Below are positions 1-9,452 of a stretch of 33,382 nucleotides of DNA, in pieces. Position 1 is the stretch's first letter. Each line of letters begins with the position of its first letter. The notes below the pieces were generated by a model. The model made no database searches and was not told the DNA's origin. It was given only the letters and a program-made list of their open reading frames with translations. Origin of the DNA: a virus. The translations under genes were made by a program, and so were the position numbers. Location of the stretch: positions 1 to 33,382 of IMG/VR virus record IMGVR_UViG_3300045988_125345; one strand, 5' to 3'.

Positions 1-55
1 CCACTTGCCGTCTTTTCTGACATAATCGCAATTATCGGCCACATCATGCAACAGC
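1..55. repeat. Terminal redundancy of the contig (identical to 33328-33382), which implies a circular or circularly permuted assembly. It also contains the second printed copy of inverted repeat IR-R (1-36) and its dif-like 28-mer (15-42).
   Basis: Direct comparison shows that the first 55 nt (ccacttgccg...caacagc) are identical to the last 55 nt. Confidence 0.95.
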
Positions 56-603
56 GTGCCTTCAGGCACTGTGGTGAGCGCGTCACGCTGGGCGGAAGTC
101 TGCACACGCAGCATGTCACCCTTCATGGCCGCGCCGATATACGTCTGCGTGATGACCACGCCAGCGGCGGCCGTGTTCGACACGCCAGCCGGAAGCAGCA
201 CCTGAGCCAAAGCCAAAGCGCCACCCGGGACACTGGGAGCCACAGGCGTCGCGGCGGCAACGCCTTTCATAACTCCGAACACAGGAAAATCCGAATCATC
301 CGACATTGGCGGGCGCGTCTCATGCTGCTTCACATACACCACGTCGATACGCGAATTGGCGGACGGGGCAGCATTCAACGGCACTTTCACATTGCCATCG
401 TTCTGAATAAGCAGCGCACCATAACGGTTCAGCACCGCGTTGAACGGATGCACCGTCACGCTCATGGAATTGCTATTGCCCGTCACGAGATTATCCTGCG
501 AACGGTCGAGAATACCGGCAATCGGCAGCATCGTGGTCTTATCGCAGACGAACAGGCCGCTCATGTCGCGGCGCGCATCCAGAAACGACGCATTACCGGA
601 CAC
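1..603 (-). CDS. Receptor-binding tail fibre protein, N-terminal constant part. The gene wraps the circular junction and continues at 33327 down to 32986.
   Basis: The minus-strand frame is open from GTG 603 (alternative ATG 564) to the window edge. It translates as (VSGNASFLDARRD)MSGLFVCDKTTMLPIAG...TSAQRDALTTVPEGTLLHDVADNCDYVRKDGKW. It joins in frame to ORF 32986..33378 because bases 1-55 equal 33328-33382. It lies directly downstream of the fibre genes. This ORF is not in the supplied track because it runs off the window edge. Confidence 0.7.
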   Translation of the reverse strand, partial: MSGNASFLDARRDMSGLFVCDKTTMLPIAGILDRSQDNLVTGNSNSMSVTVHPFNAVLNRYGALLIQNDGNVKVPLNAAPSANSRIDVVYVKQHETRPPMSDDSDFPVFGVMKGVAAATPVAPSVPGGALALAQVLLPAGVSNTAAAGVVITQTYIGAAMKGDMLRVQTSAQRDALTTVPEGTLLHDVADNCDYVRKDGKW

Positions 604-613
604 TGCGAAGATA

Positions 614-1366
614 CTATTCCTCAACGCCATTATCAATCTTTCCTTCCAACGCTTTCAAACGTTCCTCAAGCCGGTCGATACGGTCATGGGCGAGATGCGC
701 CTCATGTATGGCCCACACGCCCAGCATCGGATAGTTGATGCCGACAGGCTCGTAATCATCATTATACTCAACGAACTGCCCCAAGCCGTTGTCATCCAGC
801 TCTTCGGCAATCATGCCAATGTGGATGGTCGCACTATCGCCGCGCTGGTTCACATCGTCGATGAAACGGTAGAGCGTCCAATCCACGGAACGCATCTGCT
901 CCAACGTGATTTCCGGCTTCATGAAATCCTGCTTCACCTTGCGGCTGGACTGCGACGTGCCCATCGTTCCGTCAGACAACGCCCACACCGCGCGCCACGG
1001 GCCGACCGTGAACAGGTTGTTGTAGGCGTTCGTCGTGTGCGTGCCGCCACGGTCGGTGGACAACACTCCCCAATTCCACGCGTTGCACTTCGCGTCGATG
1101 GTCGAACGGTCATACGAGTTTTTGTTGATGGACGCGGTAACTGTCTGGTCGATGTTAGCGCTGATGTCCAGCACCTTCTGGATGGCCTGAGTCAACTGCG
1201 AGCCCGAAGGCTTCTCCAATTCGCGCAGGCGGCGACCATACTCGTTCAACGTGGACACGAGCTTGTTGGTCGCCTGAGCGGGATTCTTCACGTCGAGCAC
1301 GCCGTCATCGTCGGCGACCGGTGTCGCGCCGTCCGCCGACTCTCCCTGATGCACCACGATTTCCAT
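614..1366 (-). CDS. Tail fibre protein with a C-terminal intramolecular chaperone (peptidase S74-like) domain
   Basis: 250-aa ORF. The C-terminal half (SSRKVKQDF...TLYRFIDD...IHIGMIAEEL...INYPMLGVWAIHEAHLAHDRIDRLEERLKALE) matches the pattern of autoproteolytic fibre chaperone domains. The start overlaps the upstream stop (TAATG). Confidence 0.65.
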   Translation of the reverse strand: MEIVVHQGESADGATPVADDDGVLDVKNPAQATNKLVSTLNEYGRRLRELEKPSGSQLTQAIQKVLDISANIDQTVTASINKNSYDRSTIDAKCNAWNWGVLSTDRGGTHTTNAYNNLFTVGPWRAVWALSDGTMGTSQSSRKVKQDFMKPEITLEQMRSVDWTLYRFIDDVNQRGDSATIHIGMIAEELDDNGLGQFVEYNDDYEPVGINYPMLGVWAIHEAHLAHDRIDRLEERLKALEGKIDNGVEE

Positions 1367-2547
1367 TATTCCACCGTCACTTTCACACCGTCGAACACGT
1401 CACCCAACGTGAACGTAATCCAATTCGAACTCTCATCGGCCTTGATGCCGGTGATGCGCCGCGTGTGCGCGCCATCCACATAATACCAGTCGCCCTTCGT
1501 CGTGAACCTGATGTAGTCGCCTACCGTATAGTTGGAGAGCGTCTGGTTCACCGAATGCAGGTATCCGCGATGCACTTTCGCCTCCGTGGACGACACCGGT
1601 TGCCAGTAGACGGCGGCGGCCTCATTCGCATACGCCTGAAGCGTGTTCTGCAATTTGACCGTCGAATGGCTGGAATCCACGCTCTCCCAGATTGGTGCTC
1701 CAGCATTCTCCAGAATGTCCGTGTAGGCGGACACGACGAGCGTCTTGTCATCGGACTTGCCGGACGTGAACCATTGCAGCGAGGCGAGCTTGTCGCCGTC
1801 ATCCGTCGCGGACAGGGAGGCGATGCCCGGCTGCATGGCGGACGCGCTGAAATAGTGGGTCTCGCCGCCAAGCAAAGGGTGTCCGGTCTTCATATGCCAC
1901 TCGTAGCCGAGGCCGTCGGCCGTGCGCGTGGGGAAGAAGCCGATGTCGCAGCCGTTCTGATAGTTCGTGATGTTCGTCAGCACCTCGCCCACATAGCTGA
2001 GGTCAACGGCCTGATAGTTCGCTTCCGACTTGCCGGTCTCCGCCTTCTCCAACACGACGGGCACATGGCTGTGCGGCCAGCTCATCGCCTGTTCGACGAG
2101 ATTGCGCGCGACCGTGTTCCACGTGACATTCTTGTAATGCGTGTCATACTGCGTGTCCGGCGAGCCGTCGGACTTGATGAGGCTCTTGCCCATCGCCTTA
2201 GCCGGAAGAATCGTGCGATGGTCAAAATATGTCCACATGCCGGAGGCGACCAAGGTCAGCACGCCCGAATCGGCGTCATAGTCGCGGCGCATGAGAACGC
2301 CGCCGACCGTCAGCCCATCATCCTCGGCGACCATGACCGTCTTGCCGATGGCCGCGGTGTTGCGCAGGTCGAGCAGTCGCGCGTCGTTCGCGATATATTG
2401 GGTGCGCGCATCGTCGGACGAGGCGTAGATGGGCACTTTGACGGTGAGCGAATCCGTGTCGTTCAGCTTCATCTCCCATTCCGCCGACGTGTGCGGGAGC
2501 GGGATGATGCGACGTCCGGTCAGCAGGTCTGCGAGATAGATTCTCAC
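1366..2547 (-). CDS. Tail-associated (Tal-like) tail tip/baseplate protein
   Basis: The ORF lies downstream of Dit. The likely start is GTG 2547, which overlaps the Dit stop (GTGA) and is preceded by AAGGAGG; the track's ATG at 2565 is the alternative. The N-terminus is VRIYLADLLTGRRIIPLPHTSAEWEMKLNDTDSLTVKVP. The call rests on position and size. Confidence 0.55.
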   Translation of the reverse strand: MRIYLADLLTGRRIIPLPHTSAEWEMKLNDTDSLTVKVPIYASSDDARTQYIANDARLLDLRNTAAIGKTVMVAEDDGLTVGGVLMRRDYDADSGVLTLVASGMWTYFDHRTILPAKAMGKSLIKSDGSPDTQYDTHYKNVTWNTVARNLVEQAMSWPHSHVPVVLEKAETGKSEANYQAVDLSYVGEVLTNITNYQNGCDIGFFPTRTADGLGYEWHMKTGHPLLGGETHYFSASAMQPGIASLSATDDGDKLASLQWFTSGKSDDKTLVVSAYTDILENAGAPIWESVDSSHSTVKLQNTLQAYANEAAAVYWQPVSSTEAKVHRGYLHSVNQTLSNYTVGDYIRFTTKGDWYYVDGAHTRRITGIKADESSNWITFTLGDVFDGVKVTVE

Positions 2548-3377
2548 CTCCAAGCCTCCTTCCATTCGACCGTCATAGACGGGGTGCCCGACTGCACGCC
2601 CAACGGCGTGAACTGTATCGTCGCGTCGCCGTAAGGGCGGAACCAGTTCTCTTCGGTGAGGAACATGCTCAAATCCGACTGGTTCTGAAACAGGACTCGT
2701 TCATCGTCGAAGTCGAACACCATCGTCTCGTCCGGGTTGATTTGACGGTGGAATTCGACCGCTTCACCCGTCTCGATGCAGTGGATGCGCACGCCTTCCG
2801 ACAATCCGCCTCTGATTTTCACGACAAGATGCGTCGGCGCGAAACCGCTGCCGGTGATGGCGACACGTCCCGGATTGCCCACCTCGCCTTCCGACAACGG
2901 TTCCGTCAGCGGGTCGGTGATGCCCTCGCCGTCGGTAGGCACGCCGACCGTCTGCGAGTGCAGCGGGCCATAAAGATAGGGGGATGGCGCGAGCAAGCCA
3001 ATCTGGAACGCTGCCTTGCCGCGATACCGGTATTCGTCCACCGTCATCGACCTGAGTTCCGCGTCGCACGACAATGCGACTCCCGCGCCCTTCTGCACGG
3101 TGACCGTCACCATGCGTCCGGCCATGCCGCGAAGACGGCGCATCATCTCGTCCGTATCCTCGACCGCGGTGGTCGCATAGTATCCGTTGATGGTGATGGT
3201 GCGCCCATCATAGTATGTTGTGCCGGGAACGGCGTTGCCGTCCGCTCTGGCCCAAGCATCCTGCTCGGTCTTGGCCGACGGCAAGTCGTCGAATCCACTC
3301 ATGGACACCAGCGTGAACTCGTGTCCGGCATCGCCGTAAAGCGTGATATCACCGACGGTGACGGTTATCGTGCTCAA
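2544..3377 (-). CDS. Distal tail protein (Dit-like)
   Basis: 277-aa ORF immediately after the tape measure, with an ATGA overlap. The call rests on synteny. Confidence 0.55.
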   Translation of the reverse strand: MSTITVTVGDITLYGDAGHEFTLVSMSGFDDLPSAKTEQDAWARADGNAVPGTTYYDGRTITINGYYATTAVEDTDEMMRRLRGMAGRMVTVTVQKGAGVALSCDAELRSMTVDEYRYRGKAAFQIGLLAPSPYLYGPLHSQTVGVPTDGEGITDPLTEPLSEGEVGNPGRVAITGSGFAPTHLVVKIRGGLSEGVRIHCIETGEAVEFHRQINPDETMVFDFDDERVLFQNQSDLSMFLTEENWFRPYGDATIQFTPLGVQSGTPSMTVEWKEAWR

Positions 3378-6300
3378 GGTCTGACACTTCCAATCATCTC
3401 GTTATTCAAAGCGTATCCGAATCGGCGGGCCACCAGCTCCACGTCGCTCAACGGGCTTGCCACCACGTTGTCGATGTGGACGCCACCGGTGGGCTGTGCC
3501 GCCGCCACCATACCAGTATAGTCGGCGAGACGCGGCTTCGACACCACGCCGAGGTCGGCCGTGTCAATCTGGTCAAAATCCAAGGAGCCGAGCACGTCAT
3601 CGACCTGACCGCGCACGAACGGGCCCTGAGCGCCGATGGCCTTGCCGAAATCACGCATCAGATGCTCGCCGGACACGCTGGTGTAGCCGGAGCCGGAGAA
3701 CGGGCCGACCTTTGCCGGGGAGAACGGGAAGAAGTCTCGAACCTTCTGCAACGCGCCCTTCACTGCGCTTTTCACGCTTTCGACCGCGCCGAGGATGCCC
3801 TGCTTGAAGCCGTTCATCAACGCCGCACCGGAGTTGATAAGCCACGAGCCGGCACTGGCGAACATGCCGATAATTTGGCCCGGAATGCCTCTGACATAGC
3901 CGAGAATTCTACCGCCCAATCCTGCGAACGGGCGTGCGATGTTCCCGATAATCGCCGGAATGGTGCCCGCAACGGCCATGAAAAGAGACGGGAAGTTCGC
4001 GGCGATGCTGGTCACCACGCTGACGAACGCGCCAATCAGCGTCGGTAGACCGTTGACGATGCCGGAGGCCAGTCCGCCGATGATTGCGGGCAGCTGGTTG
4101 ATGATTGCGACGGCGATGCCCGGCAATGCGGCTGCCAGCGACGTTATCACGCTGGTGATGGCGGACATCAACGCCGGGATAAGCGTCGGAAGCGCGGAGG
4201 CGATGCTCTGTCCGATGGACGGGAGGGCGGCGACCACGGTGGCTCCAAGCGTCTGGATGCCGGAGGCCAAGGACGCGCCGAATCCGCTGATGAATCCGGC
4301 GATGGCACCGCTGCTGTCGCTGATGGCGCTGAACGCGGCCTGCACACCGGCGACCAACGCCTGTCCGAGCGAGGTCATGAGTGACGGAATCTGGCCCGCC
4401 AGCGTGGCGAACAGCGTGCCGAACGCCGCCAGCATCGGCTGGCCGTAGGTGGAGATGAGTCCGGGCAGTTGCGCGAACATGTCGGAGAACGCCTGCGTGA
4501 TTTGCGGCAGTACCGTCATCAACGCGGGCGCGAGCGTCTGTCCGACACTCATAAGAGCGTCGGCGATGCCCGGCAACGCGGCGGTGACGCTCGACACCAT
4601 CTGCGGGAGGGCCGCGGCGAACGCGCTCGCCATGGCTGGCAGTTTCGTCTGGATGCCGGTGAGCGTGTTGTCGAGGCTCTTCTGCCATTCGTCGAACTTG
4701 CCTGTCATCTGGGACGGGTCGAGCTTGAACAGCGTCTGGAAGCCGGCTGTAAGGCCGGTGAATATCGCGCCGGTCACGCCCAACTGGGATGCGATGCCGC
4801 CAATCTTGCCGATTGCCGCGCCGACCCCATTCACGGCCGCGCCGAATCCCTTCAACGCGCCGGAAGACACTTTCAGCGCGGCGGAGCCGATGGTGGCGAA
4901 CGCGGCCTTTCCTGCGGACGCCAGCGGGCTGAACCGTCCGACGATACGCGACACGGCTCCGCCGAACGTGGCAGACAGTCCGGTGCCGAACGTCTTCGCG
5001 GCGTTCGTCAGCGGCGTGAACGGATTCACACCCTTGAACGAGCCGAAAAGCTTTTCGGGAAGACCTTGGAGCGGAATGGACAGCGTGGACGCCACTTCGG
5101 AGCCGAACGACGCGAGCACGCCCTTGACGTGGGACAGGCCGTTGCCCACCGTGGAGCCGAGCTGGGACATGGCGGCGCTGATGCCGGTCGTATCCAGCAT
5201 CTCGGCGAACACAGCCTTGAACTCGGACGCCTTGCCCTTCGCGCTCGCGACCATGGAGAGCACGCCGGATTCGACGTCGGCGCGCAGGACCTCAATCTTC
5301 GTCTTGGCGTTGGAGACGATTTCGGCGAGGATGTCCTTGACGGGTGCCCACTGCTGTGCCGTGTTCGCGGCGTAGTTGGACAATCCGGTCTTCAGGTTGC
5401 CGAACGTCTGCATGATGCTGTCCGACGCGGACACTGCGGAGCCGACCAAGGGGAGGAACGCGTTCGGAATCTTGAGACCGGTAAGCTCCTTGAACTCACG
5501 TCCCACCTGCACGAGCTTGTCGCGGTAGACGTCGGCGTCCTGTCCTGCGGCGTCCAACGAACGGTAGATGTCCGAGTCCACGACGATGGTGTCGGCGGCG
5601 GCGCGGATGTCACGGAACGCCTGAACGAGGGACGGGGCCTTCTTCTTCGCGGCGGCGTCCATCTCCTTGCCGAGGGTTTCGAACGCCTTGAGGAAGGCTT
5701 CGGGGAGCGCGTCGGCGTCGGAACCCATCGCGTTCAATCCGCTTTGCAGGAGCTTCACATTGTCGGACACGTGGCCCACGCCGTTCAGCAGGTTCGTCGC
5801 GGCCTTCTGGACGATATCGAAGCCAGCCGCGCCCTTCTCGCCGAAGCCGAACGCATACGTACCCAAATCCTCGAACGCCACGTTGAACTTGCCGAGCGCG
5901 TTCTGCACCCTCGTCGATTCCGCCAGCGTCTTGGACAGCGCGCCCGCCATTGCCGCGAGCTTGTCGATGACGGAGGCGGATGCGGATATGGCGGCTCCGA
6001 ACGTGCCGGTGAAGCTGGAACCGAGCTTGATAAGCGTGTTCTTCACGCCGACAAGCGCGCGGCCGATGAACGGGATGCGGGATGCGAACCGGTCGTTCGT
6101 GGCGACCATGAGGCTGAAGACGGTGGTGCCGATGACGCCCACCGTGTTCAGCATGTCGCCCAAGGAGGATAGGAGGTTGGCGTTCTGCGAGTTCAGACTG
6201 ATGAGATTCGTCAATGGGGCGAGGAACTGTTCGACCTGCTTCGGGTCGAACGCCTTGTTGACGGCCGGGGCCAGCTGGTTGATGAATGTGGCGGCCAGCG

Positions 6301-7375
6301 TGGAGGCGGCGTTCGACAACGGCACGAATCCTGCGAGCATTTCGCCGAACGTATCCACCATGCCCGAATCGGAGATGGCGGTCAACGCCTTGCCGACGTT
6401 CGCGGACAATGTGGTGGCGGCTTCGGCGGACCTTACACCAATCGTGTTCTTGATGCTGTTCCACGCGCGGTCTGCCGTGACAGGCATGGCGGCGAACTGC
6501 TTTTCGATGGCGTCGGCGTTCTCAAGCACCGTGTCATAGAGGGCTTGGCCGCTGATTTTGCCTTCCTTGCCCAACTGCTTCAGGTCGCCCACGGACACGT
6601 TAAGATGCTTGGCGAGCATTCGTGCGATTTGCGGCGAGTTCTCCATGATGGAATTCAGCTCGTCGCCGTTGACGATGCCCTTGCCCAACGCCTGTGTAAT
6701 CTGCCGCATGGCGCTGGACGCCTCCTGCGTGGATGCGCCGGTGCTAATCATGTTCATGTCGAGCAGTTTCGTGAACTTCGCGGCATCGCCGTAATTGGAC
6801 ACGACTTCAGGCGCGAGCGTGCGCAGACGTGCGGCCGACTGGACGAAATCGTCAGTGGTCACGCCGACCCGGTTCGCGTATTTCAGCGACGTCTCAAGCG
6901 AGTCCTTATAGTCCCCTGCGTTGCCCACCGCGTTCTTCAGCATGGCGGTGGTCTGGCCCCACTGGTTGCCCATTTCGATGATGTTGGACGTCACGCCCTT
7001 GACGGCCTTGCCGACCGATGCGACCGCGGCGATGGCGGCGGCCGTGTTCAGATACTTGCCGATGTCGAGGCTTGCGAAGCTGTTTCCGAAGGCGTTGGCG
7101 GAACGACGTCCACCGGCGGTGAAGGAGGCGAACACGCCGCTGAGCGCGCCTTTCACGCCGCCTTGCAGGTTGAGGCTCTTATTGAACGAGCCGGAGAAGA
7201 GTTTGGACATGCCCAAGCCGTGCGAAGTGAAGAGTCGGCTTGTGCCGGACGCCAGCTTGGGCTGGACGGCTGGGGTGAGCACCGCTCCCTTGCTTGCCTT
7301 GACAAGTGCGGACTGCAAGCCTTCCAACGACGGGAGTACTTGAATCCATGCGGTCGCGATGCTGCCCTTTGCCAT
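3374..7375 (-). CDS. Tail tape measure protein
   Basis: 1333-aa ORF that is rich in A, G, S and L, with long helical and hydrophobic tracts. It lies between the frameshifted chaperones and Dit. Confidence 0.9.
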   Translation of the reverse strand: MAKGSIATAWIQVLPSLEGLQSALVKASKGAVLTPAVQPKLASGTSRLFTSHGLGMSKLFSGSFNKSLNLQGGVKGALSGVFASFTAGGRRSANAFGNSFASLDIGKYLNTAAAIAAVASVGKAVKGVTSNIIEMGNQWGQTTAMLKNAVGNAGDYKDSLETSLKYANRVGVTTDDFVQSAARLRTLAPEVVSNYGDAAKFTKLLDMNMISTGASTQEASSAMRQITQALGKGIVNGDELNSIMENSPQIARMLAKHLNVSVGDLKQLGKEGKISGQALYDTVLENADAIEKQFAAMPVTADRAWNSIKNTIGVRSAEAATTLSANVGKALTAISDSGMVDTFGEMLAGFVPLSNAASTLAATFINQLAPAVNKAFDPKQVEQFLAPLTNLISLNSQNANLLSSLGDMLNTVGVIGTTVFSLMVATNDRFASRIPFIGRALVGVKNTLIKLGSSFTGTFGAAISASASVIDKLAAMAGALSKTLAESTRVQNALGKFNVAFEDLGTYAFGFGEKGAAGFDIVQKAATNLLNGVGHVSDNVKLLQSGLNAMGSDADALPEAFLKAFETLGKEMDAAAKKKAPSLVQAFRDIRAAADTIVVDSDIYRSLDAAGQDADVYRDKLVQVGREFKELTGLKIPNAFLPLVGSAVSASDSIMQTFGNLKTGLSNYAANTAQQWAPVKDILAEIVSNAKTKIEVLRADVESGVLSMVASAKGKASEFKAVFAEMLDTTGISAAMSQLGSTVGNGLSHVKGVLASFGSEVASTLSIPLQGLPEKLFGSFKGVNPFTPLTNAAKTFGTGLSATFGGAVSRIVGRFSPLASAGKAAFATIGSAALKVSSGALKGFGAAVNGVGAAIGKIGGIASQLGVTGAIFTGLTAGFQTLFKLDPSQMTGKFDEWQKSLDNTLTGIQTKLPAMASAFAAALPQMVSSVTAALPGIADALMSVGQTLAPALMTVLPQITQAFSDMFAQLPGLISTYGQPMLAAFGTLFATLAGQIPSLMTSLGQALVAGVQAAFSAISDSSGAIAGFISGFGASLASGIQTLGATVVAALPSIGQSIASALPTLIPALMSAITSVITSLAAALPGIAVAIINQLPAIIGGLASGIVNGLPTLIGAFVSVVTSIAANFPSLFMAVAGTIPAIIGNIARPFAGLGGRILGYVRGIPGQIIGMFASAGSWLINSGAALMNGFKQGILGAVESVKSAVKGALQKVRDFFPFSPAKVGPFSGSGYTSVSGEHLMRDFGKAIGAQGPFVRGQVDDVLGSLDFDQIDTADLGVVSKPRLADYTGMVAAAQPTGGVHIDNVVASPLSDVELVARRFGYALNNEMIGSVRP

Positions 7376-7378
7376 CTG

Positions 7379-7965
7379 CTATTCCTTTCGGTGAAGACCC
7401 AACGCCTTGTTGATGTCTTCGGTGTTCATCGAATCGAGTTCGTAATCCTCCTTCTTGGTGTCCTTCTGGTTTTCCGGCAACACGCTTTTCGGCTTCTGCC
7501 CCTTGCCGGAGTAGGGGGCGAGCGTCGACTGTTGGATGATATCGAGCAGTCGGGCGGTCGCGCCGAACGTGCCTATGAGTTTCGCTCTCTCTATGAGGGT
7601 GTATTGTCGTGGGCTGCCGTATTGGCTTGCGAAATCAGCTAAGATTTGGCTGTCCCACTTGTCCGGGTTCAGCGCATACGTCAGTCTTTCGACTGGGAAC
7701 CCAAAAGCGTCGGCAATTTTCCCGACAGGTATTCCCATGCGTCGAGCACGTCGTCGTCGAACGCGGCCATGACCGCCTCGTACTTGTCTTCCTTCAGGAC
7801 GCCGCGCATGAGCTTGTCCACGAGCCAGATTGCCTCCATGCTGTCTTCCACGCCTTCGGAGTGGATTGCCTGTTGGAATTTGCGGTTGCGGAGCAGTTTC
7901 GCATAGGCGTCCGCCCAATCGTCGTTGAAGTCTTCGACGGTGATGGTGGGCTTGCGTTTTGCCAT
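7379..7965 (-). CDS. Tail assembly chaperone frameshift product (G-T-like), made by a -1 frameshift at 7717-7723
   Basis: The second ORF (7379..7918) is in the -1 frame relative to the G ORF and overlaps its 3' end. The G frame reads G GGA AAA at the overlap. Confidence 0.65.
7681..7965 (-). CDS. Tail assembly chaperone (G-like, short product)
   Basis: The start is ATG 7965 (MAKRKPTITVEDF...), preceded by GAAAGGAAAA. The gene is directly upstream of the tape measure and ends shortly after a slippery heptamer. Confidence 0.7.
   Translation of the reverse strand: MAKRKPTITVEDFNDDWADAYAKLLRNRKFQQAIHSEGVEDSMEAIWLVDKLMRGVLKEDKYEAVMAAFDDDVLDAWEYLSGKLPTLLGSQSKD
7717..7723 (-). promoter_or_regulatory. 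-1 programmed ribosomal frameshift slippery heptamer GGGAAAA
   Basis: The plus strand reads ttttccc at 7717-7723. On the minus strand this is G_GGA_AAA in the G frame, and the -1 frame continues as GKIADAFGFPVERL... Confidence 0.65.
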
Positions 7966-8006
7966 TGGTTTTCCTTTCGTATCGGGTTGTGTTCCTTTAT
8001 AAGGAT

Positions 8007-8041
8007 ACCCCACATGCCGGTCAATTGATGGCATGTGGGGT
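8007..8041 (-). terminator. Strong hairpin downstream of the CBM gene (12-bp stem)
   Basis: accccacatgcc / ggcatgtggggt with an 11-nt loop, located in the 94-bp gap between the CBM gene and the chaperone gene. Confidence 0.45.
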
Positions 8042-8059
8042 ATGGTTCCAATGTGGCTG

Positions 8060-8734
8060 TCACGGCATGACAAGCGACATTTTGTCGAAGCCATGTGCGC
8101 TTGTTCCGACACTCGTGCAGACAATCTGAGCCGTCACCGGCGAACCTCCTGTCTTGACCGTTCCGGAGAACGCATCCCAGTTGTAAACGACCTTCGGGCT
8201 TAGTTCGGTTTTGAACAGGACGGACTGCGTATCAACGTCTTTTACCTCGATGACACCAGCTCCATCAAGTTCCCAACTATACATGTAGACCGAAAGTCTT
8301 AAGTTTTGGTTCGGCGGGATGACGAACGTGTCTGAAGTCGCACTGGCCGGATATTGGTCGCCGACGCCAAGGAAATAGCCGCCATTCATTGCATAGTCTC
8401 GCTTGATGATGCAACCAGTTGGCGTCCACTTCACATCGCCATCTTCGAAACTGCCGTTGGGGACCAGATTGTCGGTGAACTCTCCAAAATCGTAGCGGCT
8501 GTCCGAGTTTAGAACGCTTGTATAACGTGTCGCGCTCCAAACGTTGTTACCGCCGCTCGTGCCGTCAACTGTGGATTTCATGACCTTCAGAGTGAATGCC
8601 GTGCCTTTCGGTCGGGTGATAACGCCGGTGTACACGCCATTTTCACCCTTCGTCATCTTCACTCCGGATTCTCGCCATCCGGGTTTTGGCTGGCCCCAGT
8701 CACCGATAATCCACACCGCACCGCCGTCAGCCAC
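8060..8734 (-). CDS. Tandem carbohydrate-binding-module protein, a putative tail decoration or adhesin and a moron-like insertion
   Basis: 224-aa ORF with a GTG start. The N-terminal half (AVWIIGDWGQPKPGW...GVYTGVITRPKGTAFTLKVMK) resembles a starch-binding-type beta-sandwich (CBM20/25-like). The C-terminal half (NLVPNGSFEDGDVKW...) matches the CBM4/9-type opening motif. The gene is visibly more AT-rich than its neighbours, has gaps on both sides and is followed by a hairpin. Confidence 0.55.
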   Translation of the reverse strand: MADGGAVWIIGDWGQPKPGWRESGVKMTKGENGVYTGVITRPKGTAFTLKVMKSTVDGTSGGNNVWSATRYTSVLNSDSRYDFGEFTDNLVPNGSFEDGDVKWTPTGCIIKRDYAMNGGYFLGVGDQYPASATSDTFVIPPNQNLRLSVYMYSWELDGAGVIEVKDVDTQSVLFKTELSPKVVYNWDAFSGTVKTGGSPVTAQIVCTSVGTSAHGFDKMSLVMP

Positions 8735-8779
8735 CGTCTTTGTCAGTGACGGTGACTGTCAGCGTTAGATTTGGAGAGC

Positions 8780-9376
8780 TTACGCTTTTGGGATGGTGAT
8801 GTACTGGGTCTGTGCGGGCTGGGTGGCGGTCGGATAGGCGTTGATGGTGAACTCGAAGTTCACGAGAGCCGTATGTACGTGGCTGATGTCGCCGGTGATG
8901 AGGAACGTGGCGTCGGCCATAACGTTGCGGCGCTTGCGTCCGCCCTTCAGGATTTCGTCGATGACGATGACGTGGTGTTCGAGGTCTCCGGCCTGCTCCT
9001 TGACGGTGATGGTGCCGTCCTTGCTGGAAGTCGCGGCGGTCACGGTCACGTTAGAGGAGCCGTAGGCGACCTTGAGCAGGTCTTCGTTCAGCGCCTCGAT
9101 GCAGGTGCCCGTCCACGTCTTCGAGAATGTCGGGTCGGCCTGTGCGACGGTATCGCCGCCAGCGGCCACGATGTCATCACCTGCGGTGAGGGATGCCGGT
9201 TCGGTCAGGCCATCCTCGGACAGGTAGCCGAGGCCGACGAATGCGGCGCCAAGTTCGGTGGTTGCGTCGGTGGGGATTGCGGTGCCCAGTGGGGCGACCC
9301 AGATGTAGCCGGACTTGTTGGCACTCGCGCCCGGCTTCGAGAATGTCACGTTTGCGGAAGACTGCTTTGCGCCCAT
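8780..9376 (-). CDS. Major tail protein
   Basis: 198-aa ORF containing GYIWVAPLGTAIPTDATTELGAAFVGLGYLSEDGLTE, a pattern typical of siphovirus major tail proteins. It lies upstream of the chaperones and tape measure. Confidence 0.7.
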   Translation of the reverse strand: MGAKQSSANVTFSKPGASANKSGYIWVAPLGTAIPTDATTELGAAFVGLGYLSEDGLTEPASLTAGDDIVAAGGDTVAQADPTFSKTWTGTCIEALNEDLLKVAYGSSNVTVTAATSSKDGTITVKEQAGDLEHHVIVIDEILKGGRKRRNVMADATFLITGDISHVHTALVNFEFTINAYPTATQPAQTQYITIPKA

Positions 9377-9414
9377 CTCATTTTCCTTTCGTTGTTAACG
9401 TTCTAATCGGTGGG

Positions 9415-9438
9415 GAGGGCGGCATTGTCGCCGCCCTC
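9415..9438 (-). terminator. Hairpin just after the capsid gene, a candidate partial terminator or mRNA stabiliser
   Basis: gagggcggc / gccgccctc, a 9-bp GC stem with a 6-nt loop, in the 76-bp MCP-MTP gap. Confidence 0.4.
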
Positions 9439-9452
9439 ATATGCGGGTAATG

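Noticed and set aside
46-2634. Long plus-strand ORFs (46..738, 440..1483, 1321..2634), and similar ones across the structural arm (for example 4469..6172, 6545..7642, 11551..12165, 16945..18756).
   Set aside because: They are antisense to well-supported minus-strand genes. Their translations are R/G/H/V-rich with no recognisable motifs, and they have no RBS. These are typical open-frame artefacts of GC-rich DNA.
8735-8800. Programmed frameshift or read-through fusing the major tail protein to the downstream CBM protein (by analogy with Ig-like extensions).
   Set aside because: All three frames hit stops between 8734 and 8790: TAA twice in frame 0 and TGA in each of the other two. Reaching the CBM frame would need more than one recoding event, and there is no slippery heptamer.
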